This document shows positions 8,684 through 18,008 of a DNA stretch of 64,000 nt, one piece after another. The stretch's first letter is position 1. Each line of letters starts with the position of its first letter. The DNA lies in contig CP070751.1 in the NCBI GenBank assembly GCA_020348445.1, positions 222,006 through 286,005 of the forward strand, in the 5' to 3' direction. The notes under the pieces were generated by a model. The model was given only the letters and a program-made list of their open reading frames with translations. It ran no database searches and was not told where the DNA came from. The DNA comes from Thermoplasmata archaeon (lineage in GTDB: Archaea > Thermoplasmatota > Thermoplasmata > GCA-020350865). Both the position numbers and the translations under genes were made by a program.

Positions 8684-9721
8684 GTGAAGAGAACGGCAAA
8701 GGATGAGATTTACAGGCTCATTAAGGAACTTTCCGATGCTTTTGGTGTTAGCGGAAATGAAAAGGCAGTAAGAGATATCATCCAAAGCCGAATCAAAGAC
8801 CATATCGATGAGATGTCTACCGATAAGATGGGGAACTTCATTTGCAAAAGGAAAGGGAAGGATAAAGACTCGGCCCTGATACTGGCAGCCCATATGGACG
8901 AAATAGGGCTGATGGCAAGGGAAGTGGACAAGCATGGCCACATCTACTTCTCAAGGATTGGGGTGCTTAGCAAACAGGTTTTGCTTGGTCAAAAAGTGCA
9001 TATTCAAGGAAAGAAAAAGGTGATACACGGGGTTATCACCCATAAGAAGCTGCATAAAGGGGATGAAGCCGAGGGTCTACCCGAAGAAACAGAGCTGTAC
9101 GTTGATACCGGAGTAGGAAGCGATGAACTGGAATCCATGGGAATTGGGATAGGTACATACATCGTGCCCGAGAAGAAATTGGATATTTTGGGAAATGGAG
9201 ACATAATCTCCGGTAAGGCCCTGGATGACCGTCTGGGTTGCGCTATTTTAGTCAAACTGGCAGAATCAGTGAAAAATCCGCCCACTGATGTTTACTATGT
9301 CTTTACTGCCCAGGAAGAGATTGGCATGTACGGTGCAAAGACCTCCATGTGGAAAATCGATGCCACCTGTGCAATTGCTGTGGATATCTCCTTTGCCACA
9401 GATTTTTCAGATTCTGGCATTATTCTGGGCAAGGGCCCGGTGATAACTATAAAGGACAGTGATTTAATAGCAAATCGTCAACTTGTTGATTTTCTAATCG
9501 AACTCGCAAAGAAAAGACGAATCCCATACCAGCTTGAGGTAAGCGATATCGGTACAACCGACGCACTTTACCTTTCCATAAGCAAGGGAGGCCTACCTGC
9601 AACGGCAGTTGGTGTACCAATACGAAACCCCCATTCCACAATATCCATGGCCTCCCTAAAGGATGTGAAGTACTGTATGCGGCTTTTAAAGGCGTTTTTA
9701 CAGTATCCACCTAATCTTTAA
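8684..9721 (+). CDS. M42 family metallopeptidase (TET-like aminopeptidase)
   Basis: AAHMDEIG, KALDDRLG, QEEIG, VD and PHS metal/catalytic motifs. Confidence 0.9.
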   Translation: MKRTAKDEIYRLIKELSDAFGVSGNEKAVRDIIQSRIKDHIDEMSTDKMGNFICKRKGKDKDSALILAAHMDEIGLMAREVDKHGHIYFSRIGVLSKQVLLGQKVHIQGKKKVIHGVITHKKLHKGDEAEGLPEETELYVDTGVGSDELESMGIGIGTYIVPEKKLDILGNGDIISGKALDDRLGCAILVKLAESVKNPPTDVYYVFTAQEEIGMYGAKTSMWKIDATCAIAVDISFATDFSDSGIILGKGPVITIKDSDLIANRQLVDFLIELAKKRRIPYQLEVSDIGTTDALYLSISKGGLPATAVGVPIRNPHSTISMASLKDVKYCMRLLKAFLQYPPNL

Positions 9722-9780
9722 TCTTGATTTTTATCAAACATTCTATATAGCCAAAAACATATTCAGATTCGGTTTTAAAG

Positions 9781-11556
9781 ATGGCAGGCAAAATAAAGGT
9801 CCTGGATGAGAGGGTAATAAGCCAAATTGCGGCAGGGGAGGTAATCGAAAGGCCAGCCTCTGTGGTCAAGGAATTGGTTGAAAACTCAATAGATGCAGAT
9901 TCCACTCAGATATTTATACAAATAGAAGACGGTGGAAAGAAATCCATAACTGTGGTTGATGATGGAATAGGAATGAGCAGAGAAGATACCGAGAAGGCGT
10001 TTTTCCGCCATTCCACAAGCAAGATCAAATCCTTGCGTGATTTGGAATCCATAACATCACTGGGTTTCAGAGGTGAAGCTCTGGCAAGCATAGCCGCCGT
10101 GGCCAAGGTCACTCTTCAAACCAAATCCCGTGAATCTAAAACCGAAGTTGGAACAGATATTCTTGTTGAAGGAGGAAAAATTAGATATGTTAGAGATGTG
10201 GCATGCAATGAGGGTACCAAAGTCATTGTCAGGGATCTTTTTTACAACACCCCTGCAAGGCGTAAATATCTCAAGAACACCCGGGCCGAATTGGCAAAAA
10301 TCACCGATATCGTCACACGCCAGGCTTTGATACACCCTGAGATTTTTTTCAAATTGGTTCACAACGGCTCTGAGATAATTAACACCCCGAAGGCCTTGAC
10401 ACCCTTGGACAATATAGTTCATATTTATGGAAAGGAGACGGCCCGGGATATGCTACCAGTGGATTATTCAAATCACGATATGAAGATAGAAGGTTACATC
10501 TCCAAACCTGCAGTCACTCGGAAATCTTCTTCTTATATCTCCATTTTCGTCAGGGGGCGCTACATCACATCCAAACTCCTTTCTTCAGCCTTAAAAGAGG
10601 GATACCACAACCTCATTATGAAGAATCGTTACCCTATAGCAGTAATATCCTTGGACATCCACCCAAGGAAGATAGATGTCAATGTACACCCAACAAAGCT
10701 CGAAATAAGGTTCGAGGACGAGAAAAAAGTATACAATGCATTTATTAGCGCCATTGAAAATACCCTTCAGTCCAAATCTTTGATTCCAAAAGGCGATTTT
10801 GTTGTTGAATCAAGAAGTATCGAGACTTTCGAAACGTCAGGGGTAATAGACCAGGAGGAATTGAAGAAAGTTATTCCGATAATCGAATCCAAAAGACAGG
10901 TAATCATTGATGATCTTGAGAAAAAGTTAGAACTTGAGGAAGAACCTGAGGGACTTTCTGAGAGAAGAACAACACAAATTCCCACAATATCACTTATCGG
11001 CCAGATACTCAGCACCTACATAGTGGCAGAAAGCCACGAGAACATCCTTATAATAGATCAGCACGCAGCACATGAACGGGTGCTATTTGAGAAATTAATG
11101 CAAGCAACTTTCGAGGATAAAAAAGAACGTCAAGAACTGCTTTCCCCCTTGACCCTTGAGTTTGATCCAAAACAAAGAGACTACATCGATTCTAATCCAG
11201 ATATCCTCGATTCCCTTGGTTTTAAAATCGAGCATTTTGGGGGCAACACATTTCAAGTAAGAGCTGTACCAGTTGTATTTGGAAAAACTGAGAGTAAGAG
11301 AATAGTGCCTGACATAATAGACGAGCTTATCTCTTTGGGCAAGACTAAACAGAAAGATGAATTAATTGAAAAGGCCAAGGCAATTGTCGCTTGTCACAGC
11401 GCAATCCGCGGAGGGGAAGAACTGACCTTAATCCAGATGAAGGATCTTGTGGAAAGTCTCTACAAAACAAAGAATGCATATAGCTGTCCACATGGAAGAC
11501 CTTCGATTATTTCAATGTCAAAAGACGATCTAGAAAAGATGTTCAAAAGAAAATAA
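9781..11556 (+). CDS. mutL: DNA mismatch repair endonuclease MutL
   Basis: IAAGEVIERPASVVKELVENSIDA, GFRGEAL, DQHAAHERVLFE, ACH and CPHGRP motifs. Confidence 0.97.
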   Translation: MAGKIKVLDERVISQIAAGEVIERPASVVKELVENSIDADSTQIFIQIEDGGKKSITVVDDGIGMSREDTEKAFFRHSTSKIKSLRDLESITSLGFRGEALASIAAVAKVTLQTKSRESKTEVGTDILVEGGKIRYVRDVACNEGTKVIVRDLFYNTPARRKYLKNTRAELAKITDIVTRQALIHPEIFFKLVHNGSEIINTPKALTPLDNIVHIYGKETARDMLPVDYSNHDMKIEGYISKPAVTRKSSSYISIFVRGRYITSKLLSSALKEGYHNLIMKNRYPIAVISLDIHPRKIDVNVHPTKLEIRFEDEKKVYNAFISAIENTLQSKSLIPKGDFVVESRSIETFETSGVIDQEELKKVIPIIESKRQVIIDDLEKKLELEEEPEGLSERRTTQIPTISLIGQILSTYIVAESHENILIIDQHAAHERVLFEKLMQATFEDKKERQELLSPLTLEFDPKQRDYIDSNPDILDSLGFKIEHFGGNTFQVRAVPVVFGKTESKRIVPDIIDELISLGKTKQKDELIEKAKAIVACHSAIRGGEELTLIQMKDLVESLYKTKNAYSCPHGRPSIISMSKDDLEKMFKRK

Positions 11557-11560
11557 AGGT

Positions 11561-11601
11561 GATTTGGTGCCGGGGAGGGAGGGGGCAGTCGGCACCAAAT
11601 C
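11561..11601. terminator. Perfect 12-bp inverted repeat hairpin between convergent genes
   Basis: GATTTGGTGCCG (11561-11572) and CGGCACCAAATC (11590-11601) around a 17-nt G-rich loop, immediately after the mutL stop. Confidence 0.55.
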
Positions 11602-11740
11602 CTCAGCTGAACCCGTTGTCTTCGCACAGGATGCATATAGTAGAGTGGGCACCGTGTAATAACAGTTGTAAATAGCGGCTATTAAGTATTTTGTGGGATT
11701 ACCCCGGGAATGCCCCTATAAAAAACCAAAGGATTTATTC

Positions 11741-13252
11741 CTAAGCCTCTTCCTCGTGCGCGCACTCGACGCATGCGAACTCGACATATGCAAAATATAG
11801 CTCGCAATCTGGGCTTCCCTCGGTTGCCTCCCTTGTATCGCACCAAATGCCGTATGCAGTTGTATTGCTTGCTGTAAGACCGATATAATCACCGATAAAA
11901 GGCGATGAACCTTGGGCATTATTGCCGTCAAAAGACTCAGTCGTTATGTTGGTTTGGTACGCGAAATTCTCTCCTCCACTTTTCGATAACGCATAGTAAA
12001 TATGCATCACTGTATTGTCGTCGTCATCCCTTCTGTCATAGAATATGAGATGTACATAACCTTGATCAGAAACAGCCACAGCCGAGAAGAACTGGTCCTT
12101 TCCGTTGCCTTCTGTGTCATTGTTCACCCTGATGGCGTCGCTCCAGGTCTCCCCGTTGTCTCTGCTGTAGATCAACATTATATCTGCATCGCCTTCACGA
12201 TAATCATTCCATGTAACGTAAAGGCTACCACTTGTGTTGGTATCGCTTAGGTCTACAGCCGACATGAGGAGGGTAGGTGTGCGGAACTCACAGTTCGGTA
12301 GTTCATTCCTCGGTATCTCCATCGTTTCACAGATGGATCTGGGTTCTGTAAATGATTGGCCTTCATCTGATGAATAGATGTACATTATTCTTTCATCTCC
12401 GGGGGCATCCGCACCAAAATTAGTCCAAAACACATGCACGGTCCCATCGGGTGTTACCTGGATAGTAGTCCCCTGCATGCTTTTTTGGATGGTGAAAAAA
12501 TCAGATATCACTTGAGGTATGCTAAAACTGTTTCCCCCATCGGTTGACCTTGATAATAGAATGTTTACCCTGCTTAGCATAGTAAATACAGCCCAGGTGA
12601 CATAAACATTCCCGTTATCCATATCAACTGCCATCCATTCTTTATCATGGAAGGCTATTGGAGTCTGGAAAGCCAATACTAGAATGCTTATTTGATTGAA
12701 GGTCTCCCCACCGTCAGTTGACTTGGCTACGAATATTCCATTATCACGGCCCGCAGCCAGGCCCAAATTCACGGGATTAGCGGGATTAGTGGCCCGCTTA
12801 AAGCATATCCCAGAAATATATACATTCCCTTCAGGTCCAAAACACACAACAGGGTCACCAGCACCGTCATAACCTGAGAGTGGAGAAATTGGTCCCAGAA
12901 AATACCCAGGAATCAAATCCCTTGACCAGTTCTTTCCCCCATCCCAGGAAACGTAATAACCTACCCAGGCATCACCATTTGGAGTACCGTAGTCGTTACC
13001 AGCTGCAACAAGGTGCAGGGGGTCATTGGGATCAACTGCTATGCTGGGCTCATTGTTGTTCTCAGGAACATCAGTTACTGCAATATTTTCGAAGGTTATT
13101 CCCATTTCCTCTTCCTCAGACCTCCTTCTTGGTCTTCGAGGTTCGTACAGCACCAATGAAGCAGCCAATGTGGCTGATAGCAAAATCAGTAGAACTATCA
13201 CAGCAAATGTCTTTTGACCTGGTGGAAGAAGTTCGTCTGAATCGGGGTCCAT
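11741..13252 (-). CDS. Membrane-anchored BNR/Asp-box beta-propeller protein (sialidase-like fold)
   Basis: N-terminal TM segment; Asp-boxes SWDGGKNW, STDGGETF, STDGGNSF, SSDEGQSF, SRDNGETW and SKSGGENF. Confidence 0.85.
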   Translation of the reverse strand: MDPDSDELLPPGQKTFAVIVLLILLSATLAASLVLYEPRRPRRRSEEEEMGITFENIAVTDVPENNNEPSIAVDPNDPLHLVAAGNDYGTPNGDAWVGYYVSWDGGKNWSRDLIPGYFLGPISPLSGYDGAGDPVVCFGPEGNVYISGICFKRATNPANPVNLGLAAGRDNGIFVAKSTDGGETFNQISILVLAFQTPIAFHDKEWMAVDMDNGNVYVTWAVFTMLSRVNILLSRSTDGGNSFSIPQVISDFFTIQKSMQGTTIQVTPDGTVHVFWTNFGADAPGDERIMYIYSSDEGQSFTEPRSICETMEIPRNELPNCEFRTPTLLMSAVDLSDTNTSGSLYVTWNDYREGDADIMLIYSRDNGETWSDAIRVNNDTEGNGKDQFFSAVAVSDQGYVHLIFYDRRDDDDNTVMHIYYALSKSGGENFAYQTNITTESFDGNNAQGSSPFIGDYIGLTASNTTAYGIWCDTREATEGSPDCELYFAYVEFACVECAHEEEA

Positions 13253-13452
13253 GTGAAATATAATATTGTAATTGGGATATTTAAGGGTTATTAAAATATC
13301 GAGTTGATTGCCTAATTTAAAGACTATGATGCACTCAATTTAAAAATCGGGGTGTAAAAAGGAGGTTCAACTAACATGTTCCCCTTCAAATCTTTGTAAT
13401 TTTAGTGGATGTTAATGTATGGGATTCAAATAATGTTGGATTAGAATTTGTA

Positions 13453-13494
13453 GGGTGGGAGGAGGGGGTGAGGAGGAGGGGGTGAGGAGGAGGG
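13453..13494. repeat. G-rich tandem repeat, GGAGGAGGGGGTGA x about 2.6
   Basis: Copies at 13458-13471, 13472-13485 and partial 13486-13494, preceded by GGGTG. Confidence 0.7.
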
Positions 13495-13559
13495 ATTAAG
13501 TTGCCATCCTCAAATAAAACATAATAAAATATAAATCCCAGTAAGAGAATCTTATATGC

Positions 13560-15527
13560 ATGACAACCCCGAAAAAAGTCCTGGTTATATTCTTTGTAGC
13601 CATATTGATTTCACTGCCGTTTGCAGATATGATCAGAAACCAGACAGAAGAGTCTTCACAGCCAGAGTTGTCAAACCTTCCTACTGTAATTTCGTTTAGG
13701 CTGCAGGATACAGATGATGACTGGTGGGAGACAACATCCTTTGATTCAGACAGAAACGGTATTTTCGATTCCCTGGACAAAAAAATCGAACAGAATGAAG
13801 AAGACTTTGTGGATGTATACCTTGATTACGAATACCCCCCCACTCAAGAAGATATCGCGTTGTTAGAAGAAAAAGGATTGTATGTAACAACTTTATTACC
13901 CACAGCTTGGGCTGTGGGCTTAAAAGATGTTCCCATTTCCTTATTGCCTACCCTAGCAGAAATAGAGGGTGTGGTGATGGTTGAGCCAAAAGGTAACCCA
14001 AAATACCTCTCTGATATTGCTACACCATCGGTCAAAGCCAAGGAGTCGGATGAATATTCTCCAGACACTGCATGGGAACTTGGATACAAAGGATTTGGTG
14101 CGGTAATTGCTATAATGGATACTGGGGTGGACAACGGTCATCCCAGTCTTTCAGGTAAGTTCGTGGCTGGTGCAGATTTTACCAAGCCCTTGCCATATTT
14201 CACATCAGATGATGGAACATATGATCCAGATGATGTACAGGGGCACGGCACAACCTGCGCAGGAATAGCCATGGGGACAGGTGCTCCCGATGGCGATTAC
14301 ATGGGCACGGGTCCTGATGCAAAGCTCGTGGATCTAAGGATAGGTACCATACTTGGAGCCTCACCTGGAGAAGGGCCCCAGTCTGTTTATGACGCTGCAC
14401 TGGACGCAATTGATTGGGCGATAAGGAACCATGCAAATAAGTGGACTAAAGTGCCAGAGGAATTCCATGGAATCGACATATTGTCTCTTTCATGGGGCAT
14501 ACCATATGAAGGATCCTCAGACGGTTCTGACCTGTATTCCCAGGGGCTAAACAACCTCGTTGATGTTGGAGTTATTGCCGTGGTGGCTGCAGGAAACGAC
14601 GGCCCAGATAACGATGGCTTTACTGGCATGGGTGCAGCAGACAAGGCGATTACAGTTGCAGCCACAGATGAGCTCGACACAATCGATAGAGGCGATGATA
14701 TAATTGCTGAGTACTCATCCCGAGGTCCGAGGATGGACGATAATGACGGCAATCCATACGATGAACTCAAGCCTGATGTGGCAGCTCCCGGAACCGGCAT
14801 CACAAATGCACAGTTCGACAGAACTGGCGATGGCTCAGGAAACGGGTACGAGCCAAGAGGAAGCGGGACATCCTATGCAACTCCCTGTGTTGCAGGCGTG
14901 GTTGCCTTGATACTTGATGCAAATTCCGAACTTACCCCCGAAATAGTGAAAGAGATCCTTCGCTTCACCGCCGAAAGAAGGGGTAATGCCACCTTCCCTG
15001 AGCTGGACCCGTTCTGGAACAAGGATTTCGGCTATGGAATCGTGGATGCCTACCAGGCTGTGAAAGTGGCTGAAAGCATTGAGGATGTCGCTGAAATCGA
15101 TGTAAATCTCCAGTGCTTCATAATGGATATCTCTAATTCTTCATCAAAGTACATCGACATTTCGGGTATCGCATGGTCAAAGAATGGAGAGGTGGAGGGC
15201 GTGGAGGTGAGAATAGACGGCGGAAAATGGGTAAAAGTAAAAGATATGGATAATGGTACATGGGCCAAATGGACATACCGCATCCAAACAAAAGACCTTT
15301 CAAAAGGCAATCACATCATAGAAGCAAGGGCAATTTCCGGTGATAAATATTCATTATTTCACGAGGAGGATGTTTTTGTGGCCCAGTCCTTCCGCGACGA
15401 CGAATTCGACGCAGCCTGTCTTCCTGGGATAGCCATTATCGTCCTTGTTTTAGGTGTTGCTGTTTACATAATTCTTAGAAAGGGGCCGAAAAATGGACCT
15501 GAAAACAAGGTTTCGGATGAAGGGTAG
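13560..15527 (+). CDS. S8 subtilisin-like serine protease with N-terminal signal/TM, C-terminal Ig-like domain and TM anchor
   Basis: Catalytic IMDTGVD, HGTTCAGI, AAGNDG and GSGTSYATP motifs. Confidence 0.93.
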   Translation: MTTPKKVLVIFFVAILISLPFADMIRNQTEESSQPELSNLPTVISFRLQDTDDDWWETTSFDSDRNGIFDSLDKKIEQNEEDFVDVYLDYEYPPTQEDIALLEEKGLYVTTLLPTAWAVGLKDVPISLLPTLAEIEGVVMVEPKGNPKYLSDIATPSVKAKESDEYSPDTAWELGYKGFGAVIAIMDTGVDNGHPSLSGKFVAGADFTKPLPYFTSDDGTYDPDDVQGHGTTCAGIAMGTGAPDGDYMGTGPDAKLVDLRIGTILGASPGEGPQSVYDAALDAIDWAIRNHANKWTKVPEEFHGIDILSLSWGIPYEGSSDGSDLYSQGLNNLVDVGVIAVVAAGNDGPDNDGFTGMGAADKAITVAATDELDTIDRGDDIIAEYSSRGPRMDDNDGNPYDELKPDVAAPGTGITNAQFDRTGDGSGNGYEPRGSGTSYATPCVAGVVALILDANSELTPEIVKEILRFTAERRGNATFPELDPFWNKDFGYGIVDAYQAVKVAESIEDVAEIDVNLQCFIMDISNSSSKYIDISGIAWSKNGEVEGVEVRIDGGKWVKVKDMDNGTWAKWTYRIQTKDLSKGNHIIEARAISGDKYSLFHEEDVFVAQSFRDDEFDAACLPGIAIIVLVLGVAVYIILRKGPKNGPENKVSDEG

Positions 15528-15612
15528 TAATTGGTTTTGATTTCAATCAAAATTGTTGTTTTCTATGTATTGTACATAATTGGCTTGCTACCCATTCATA
15601 AAAATCCACAGG

Positions 15613-16089
15613 CTAGACCATATGCTCAGATATATCCTCGATTTCCCTCTCGCAGTACCAGCATTTCAGTTTCGGAGGGTCCCTGGAGATTATATTGAAC
15701 TTACTTTCCACTGGTTCCTGCCGGTTCGTAATGCAGTTGAGATTGGCGCATTTAACTATTCCTTTAACTATCTCGGGTAGCTCGACCCTGTGTTTTTCGG
15801 CAACGTTGTAATTTCTGATGATGTTGATGGTGGCAAATGGCGCAATCAGGGCTATCTTATCAACCTCCTTGGCGTCAAGCTCCCTATCCTCGATTTTAAC
15901 GACATCCTTCCAGTCTGTTTTGCTGCTGGGAACATGCATCAAAACACTCACTGTTGAATTAACACCTCCTTCACCTATGCCAAGTATCTTGAGCACCTTG
16001 AGGGCTGTATTGCACGTGATGTGATCTATTACAGTTCCATTTCTAATGGGCGTGACCTTAAATTCCTTGACCTCTTCCCCTTTGTCCAT
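15613..16089 (-). CDS. pyrI: Aspartate carbamoyltransferase regulatory subunit
   Basis: IRNGTVIDHI, KDVVKIE, CANLNCITN and CWYCE zinc site. Confidence 0.96.
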   Translation of the reverse strand: MDKGEEVKEFKVTPIRNGTVIDHITCNTALKVLKILGIGEGGVNSTVSVLMHVPSSKTDWKDVVKIEDRELDAKEVDKIALIAPFATINIIRNYNVAEKHRVELPEIVKGIVKCANLNCITNRQEPVESKFNIISRDPPKLKCWYCEREIEDISEHMV

Positions 16090-16093
16090 TCAT

Positions 16094-16651
16094 TCACCAC
16101 CTTTCATAATGGATTTTTTTCTTTAAATCGGTAACCTGCTTGAGTTTTGGTTTTATTTTTGGCGAGCCCAGGGCCACTATTGAGGCTATTTCAATGTGTT
16201 TGGGCATTCCCAACAATTTCTTTATCTCGTTTGAATGCTTTTTGAGGGCAAATGGGGCACCCACCCATACAGCGCCAAGACCCAGGGAATGGGCAGCCAA
16301 AAGTATATTCTGTGTTGCTGCTGAGCCGTCATGTCTCCAGAAAATGGGGCTCTTTTTCGTGTTACAGGCCACAACAATAAAAAGCGGCGCCTCAGCTATT
16401 TTCTCAAACTGTTCCTTCGTATCCTTCAATCTCCTTTTTTTGCGCTCGTACAGGGAACGGGCCCCGAGATAGCCTATCCGATCCTTGACATTTTGATCCT
16501 TAACCAAGATGAACTCCCAAGGACGCCCGTTGGAGGCTGATGGTGCCCTGAGTCCACATCTTAAAATCTCGGCTATTTGCGATGGAGGTACCTCATCTTC
16601 CTCGAAACTGCGGACGCTCCGTCTTGTGTTTATATTCTCGATTGCTTCCAC
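16094..16651 (-). CDS. Nitroreductase family protein
   Basis: TRRSVRSF, APSASNGRPWEF, ATQNILLAAHSLGLGAVW motifs. Confidence 0.92.
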   Translation of the reverse strand: MEAIENINTRRSVRSFEEDEVPPSQIAEILRCGLRAPSASNGRPWEFILVKDQNVKDRIGYLGARSLYERKKRRLKDTKEQFEKIAEAPLFIVVACNTKKSPIFWRHDGSAATQNILLAAHSLGLGAVWVGAPFALKKHSNEIKKLLGMPKHIEIASIVALGSPKIKPKLKQVTDLKKKIHYERW

Positions 16652-17595
16652 TAGATTACACCGCCATCAAAATCCGGAATGAGCAGCAATCCCAGCAGGG
16701 CCATTCTAACCATAACACCATTTTTCGCCTGTTTGAAGTACACTGCATGTTGAGTAGAATCCACTTCAAATGCAATCTCATCCACCCTCGGCAACGGATG
16801 CATCACGATGAGATTTTCCTTAGCATTTTTCAATAGGGCTTTGTCCACCTTATATAATCCTGCCACTTTGAGATATTCTTCATCATCAGGAAACCGCTCT
16901 TTTTGTATCCTGGTCACGTAAAGAACATCTGCATCCGAAATCGTTTCGTATAGTGATTCGTTCAGTGCTGGAGTTTTACCCATTTCCTTTAGATTGTTGA
17001 TTATCTCCTGCGGCATTTGCATCAGATTCGGCGCAACAAAAGTCAGATTTGCACCAAAAAGAGCAAGGACATATGAAAGTGAGTGCACGGTCCTTCCGTA
17101 TTTCAAATCTCCCACCAGAACCACATTGATATCTTTGATCTTGCCCTTCTCGCTCTTTATCGTATACAGATCCAAAAGAGTCTGGGTCGGGTGCTGGCCT
17201 GCACCATCTCCTGCATTGATTACAGGTTTTGAAGAGAACTGCGAGGCCAATTTAGCAGCACCCTCGTTTGGGTGTCTTAAAACGATGACATCGGCGTAGG
17301 ACTCCGCCATTTTAATTGTGTCAGCCATGGTCTCGCCTTTTGAAAAGGATGTGTTGTCCGGCTCAGCAAAACCGATTGTACTTCCACCCAATCTGAGCAT
17401 GGCACTTTCAAAGGAAAGCCTCGTCCTGGTGCTGGGTTCATAGAATAGAGAAGCCAGAACCTTCCCCTCAAGAATATTGCTCTTCTTTTCGCCCTCTGCA
17501 ACGGGATGCATTTTTTTTGTGATATCGAGAATATGTTCTATTTCTTCCCCTGAAAAATCCTTTATTGAGACAACATCTCTGCCCATAAATTCCAT
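16651..17595 (-). CDS. pyrB: Aspartate carbamoyltransferase catalytic subunit
   Basis: FYEPSTRTRLSFE, HPTQTLLD, YVTRIQKERF and MHPLPR motifs. Confidence 0.97.
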   Translation of the reverse strand: MEFMGRDVVSIKDFSGEEIEHILDITKKMHPVAEGEKKSNILEGKVLASLFYEPSTRTRLSFESAMLRLGGSTIGFAEPDNTSFSKGETMADTIKMAESYADVIVLRHPNEGAAKLASQFSSKPVINAGDGAGQHPTQTLLDLYTIKSEKGKIKDINVVLVGDLKYGRTVHSLSYVLALFGANLTFVAPNLMQMPQEIINNLKEMGKTPALNESLYETISDADVLYVTRIQKERFPDDEEYLKVAGLYKVDKALLKNAKENLIVMHPLPRVDEIAFEVDSTQHAVYFKQAKNGVMVRMALLGLLLIPDFDGGVI

Positions 17596-17726
17596 GCTAC
17601 CCCCTCTGTAAGGGATTATAGTGTATAAAGATTTATTCTTTGTGGAAATTTAAACCATGGTTACTTCTTCGTCCCATCCATATTATTGGGCGGGCGGAGG
17701 GGGGACATGGATGGTGGGTTTAAGAA

Positions 17727-17879
17727 TTAAAAAATTCCAAGTGCCCAGAGTATAAATACGATACCACCCACCACAATCAATATCACACTAATGATTTGGG
17801 CGGTGAGAAGCCAAGTGTAGAGCTTAACCCTCTTTTCTGGGGAATTTGTCAAATCCTCGAGAAACTTGTCCCTGGGCAT
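17727..17879 (-). CDS. Small membrane protein (50 aa), not in the ORF track
   Basis: Manual translation MPRDKFLEDLTNSPEKRVKLYTWLLTAQIISVILIVVGGIVFILWALGIF*. GGTG element before the ATG and a TATTTAT box upstream; alternative in-frame ATG at 17894. Confidence 0.65.
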   Translation of the reverse strand: MPRDKFLEDLTNSPEKRVKLYTWLLTAQIISVILIVVGGIVFILWALGIF

Positions 17880-18008
17880 ATATTGCACCGTCATTTAGCC
17901 TGGTATAGTTCAGGAAAACCGATTATTTTAACAAGATAAATACCTTGCGATTTGGAAGATGAGGGATTGTAATGATTACCCATTATTGACTTAGATATAG
18001 GGCATCTT

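Noticed and set aside
8582-8941. N-terminal extension of the 273-aa GAF ORF
   Set aside because: It overlaps the M42 peptidase antisense and crosses an AT-rich promoter region; the GAF domain begins near 8581.
11557-11700. SRP RNA or RNase P RNA
   Set aside because: Too short, and lacks the SRP helix 8 motif and the RNase P P4 consensus.
13376-13399. 7-codon ORF MFPFKSL behind GGAGG
   Set aside because: Too short to support, and such matches are expected by chance.
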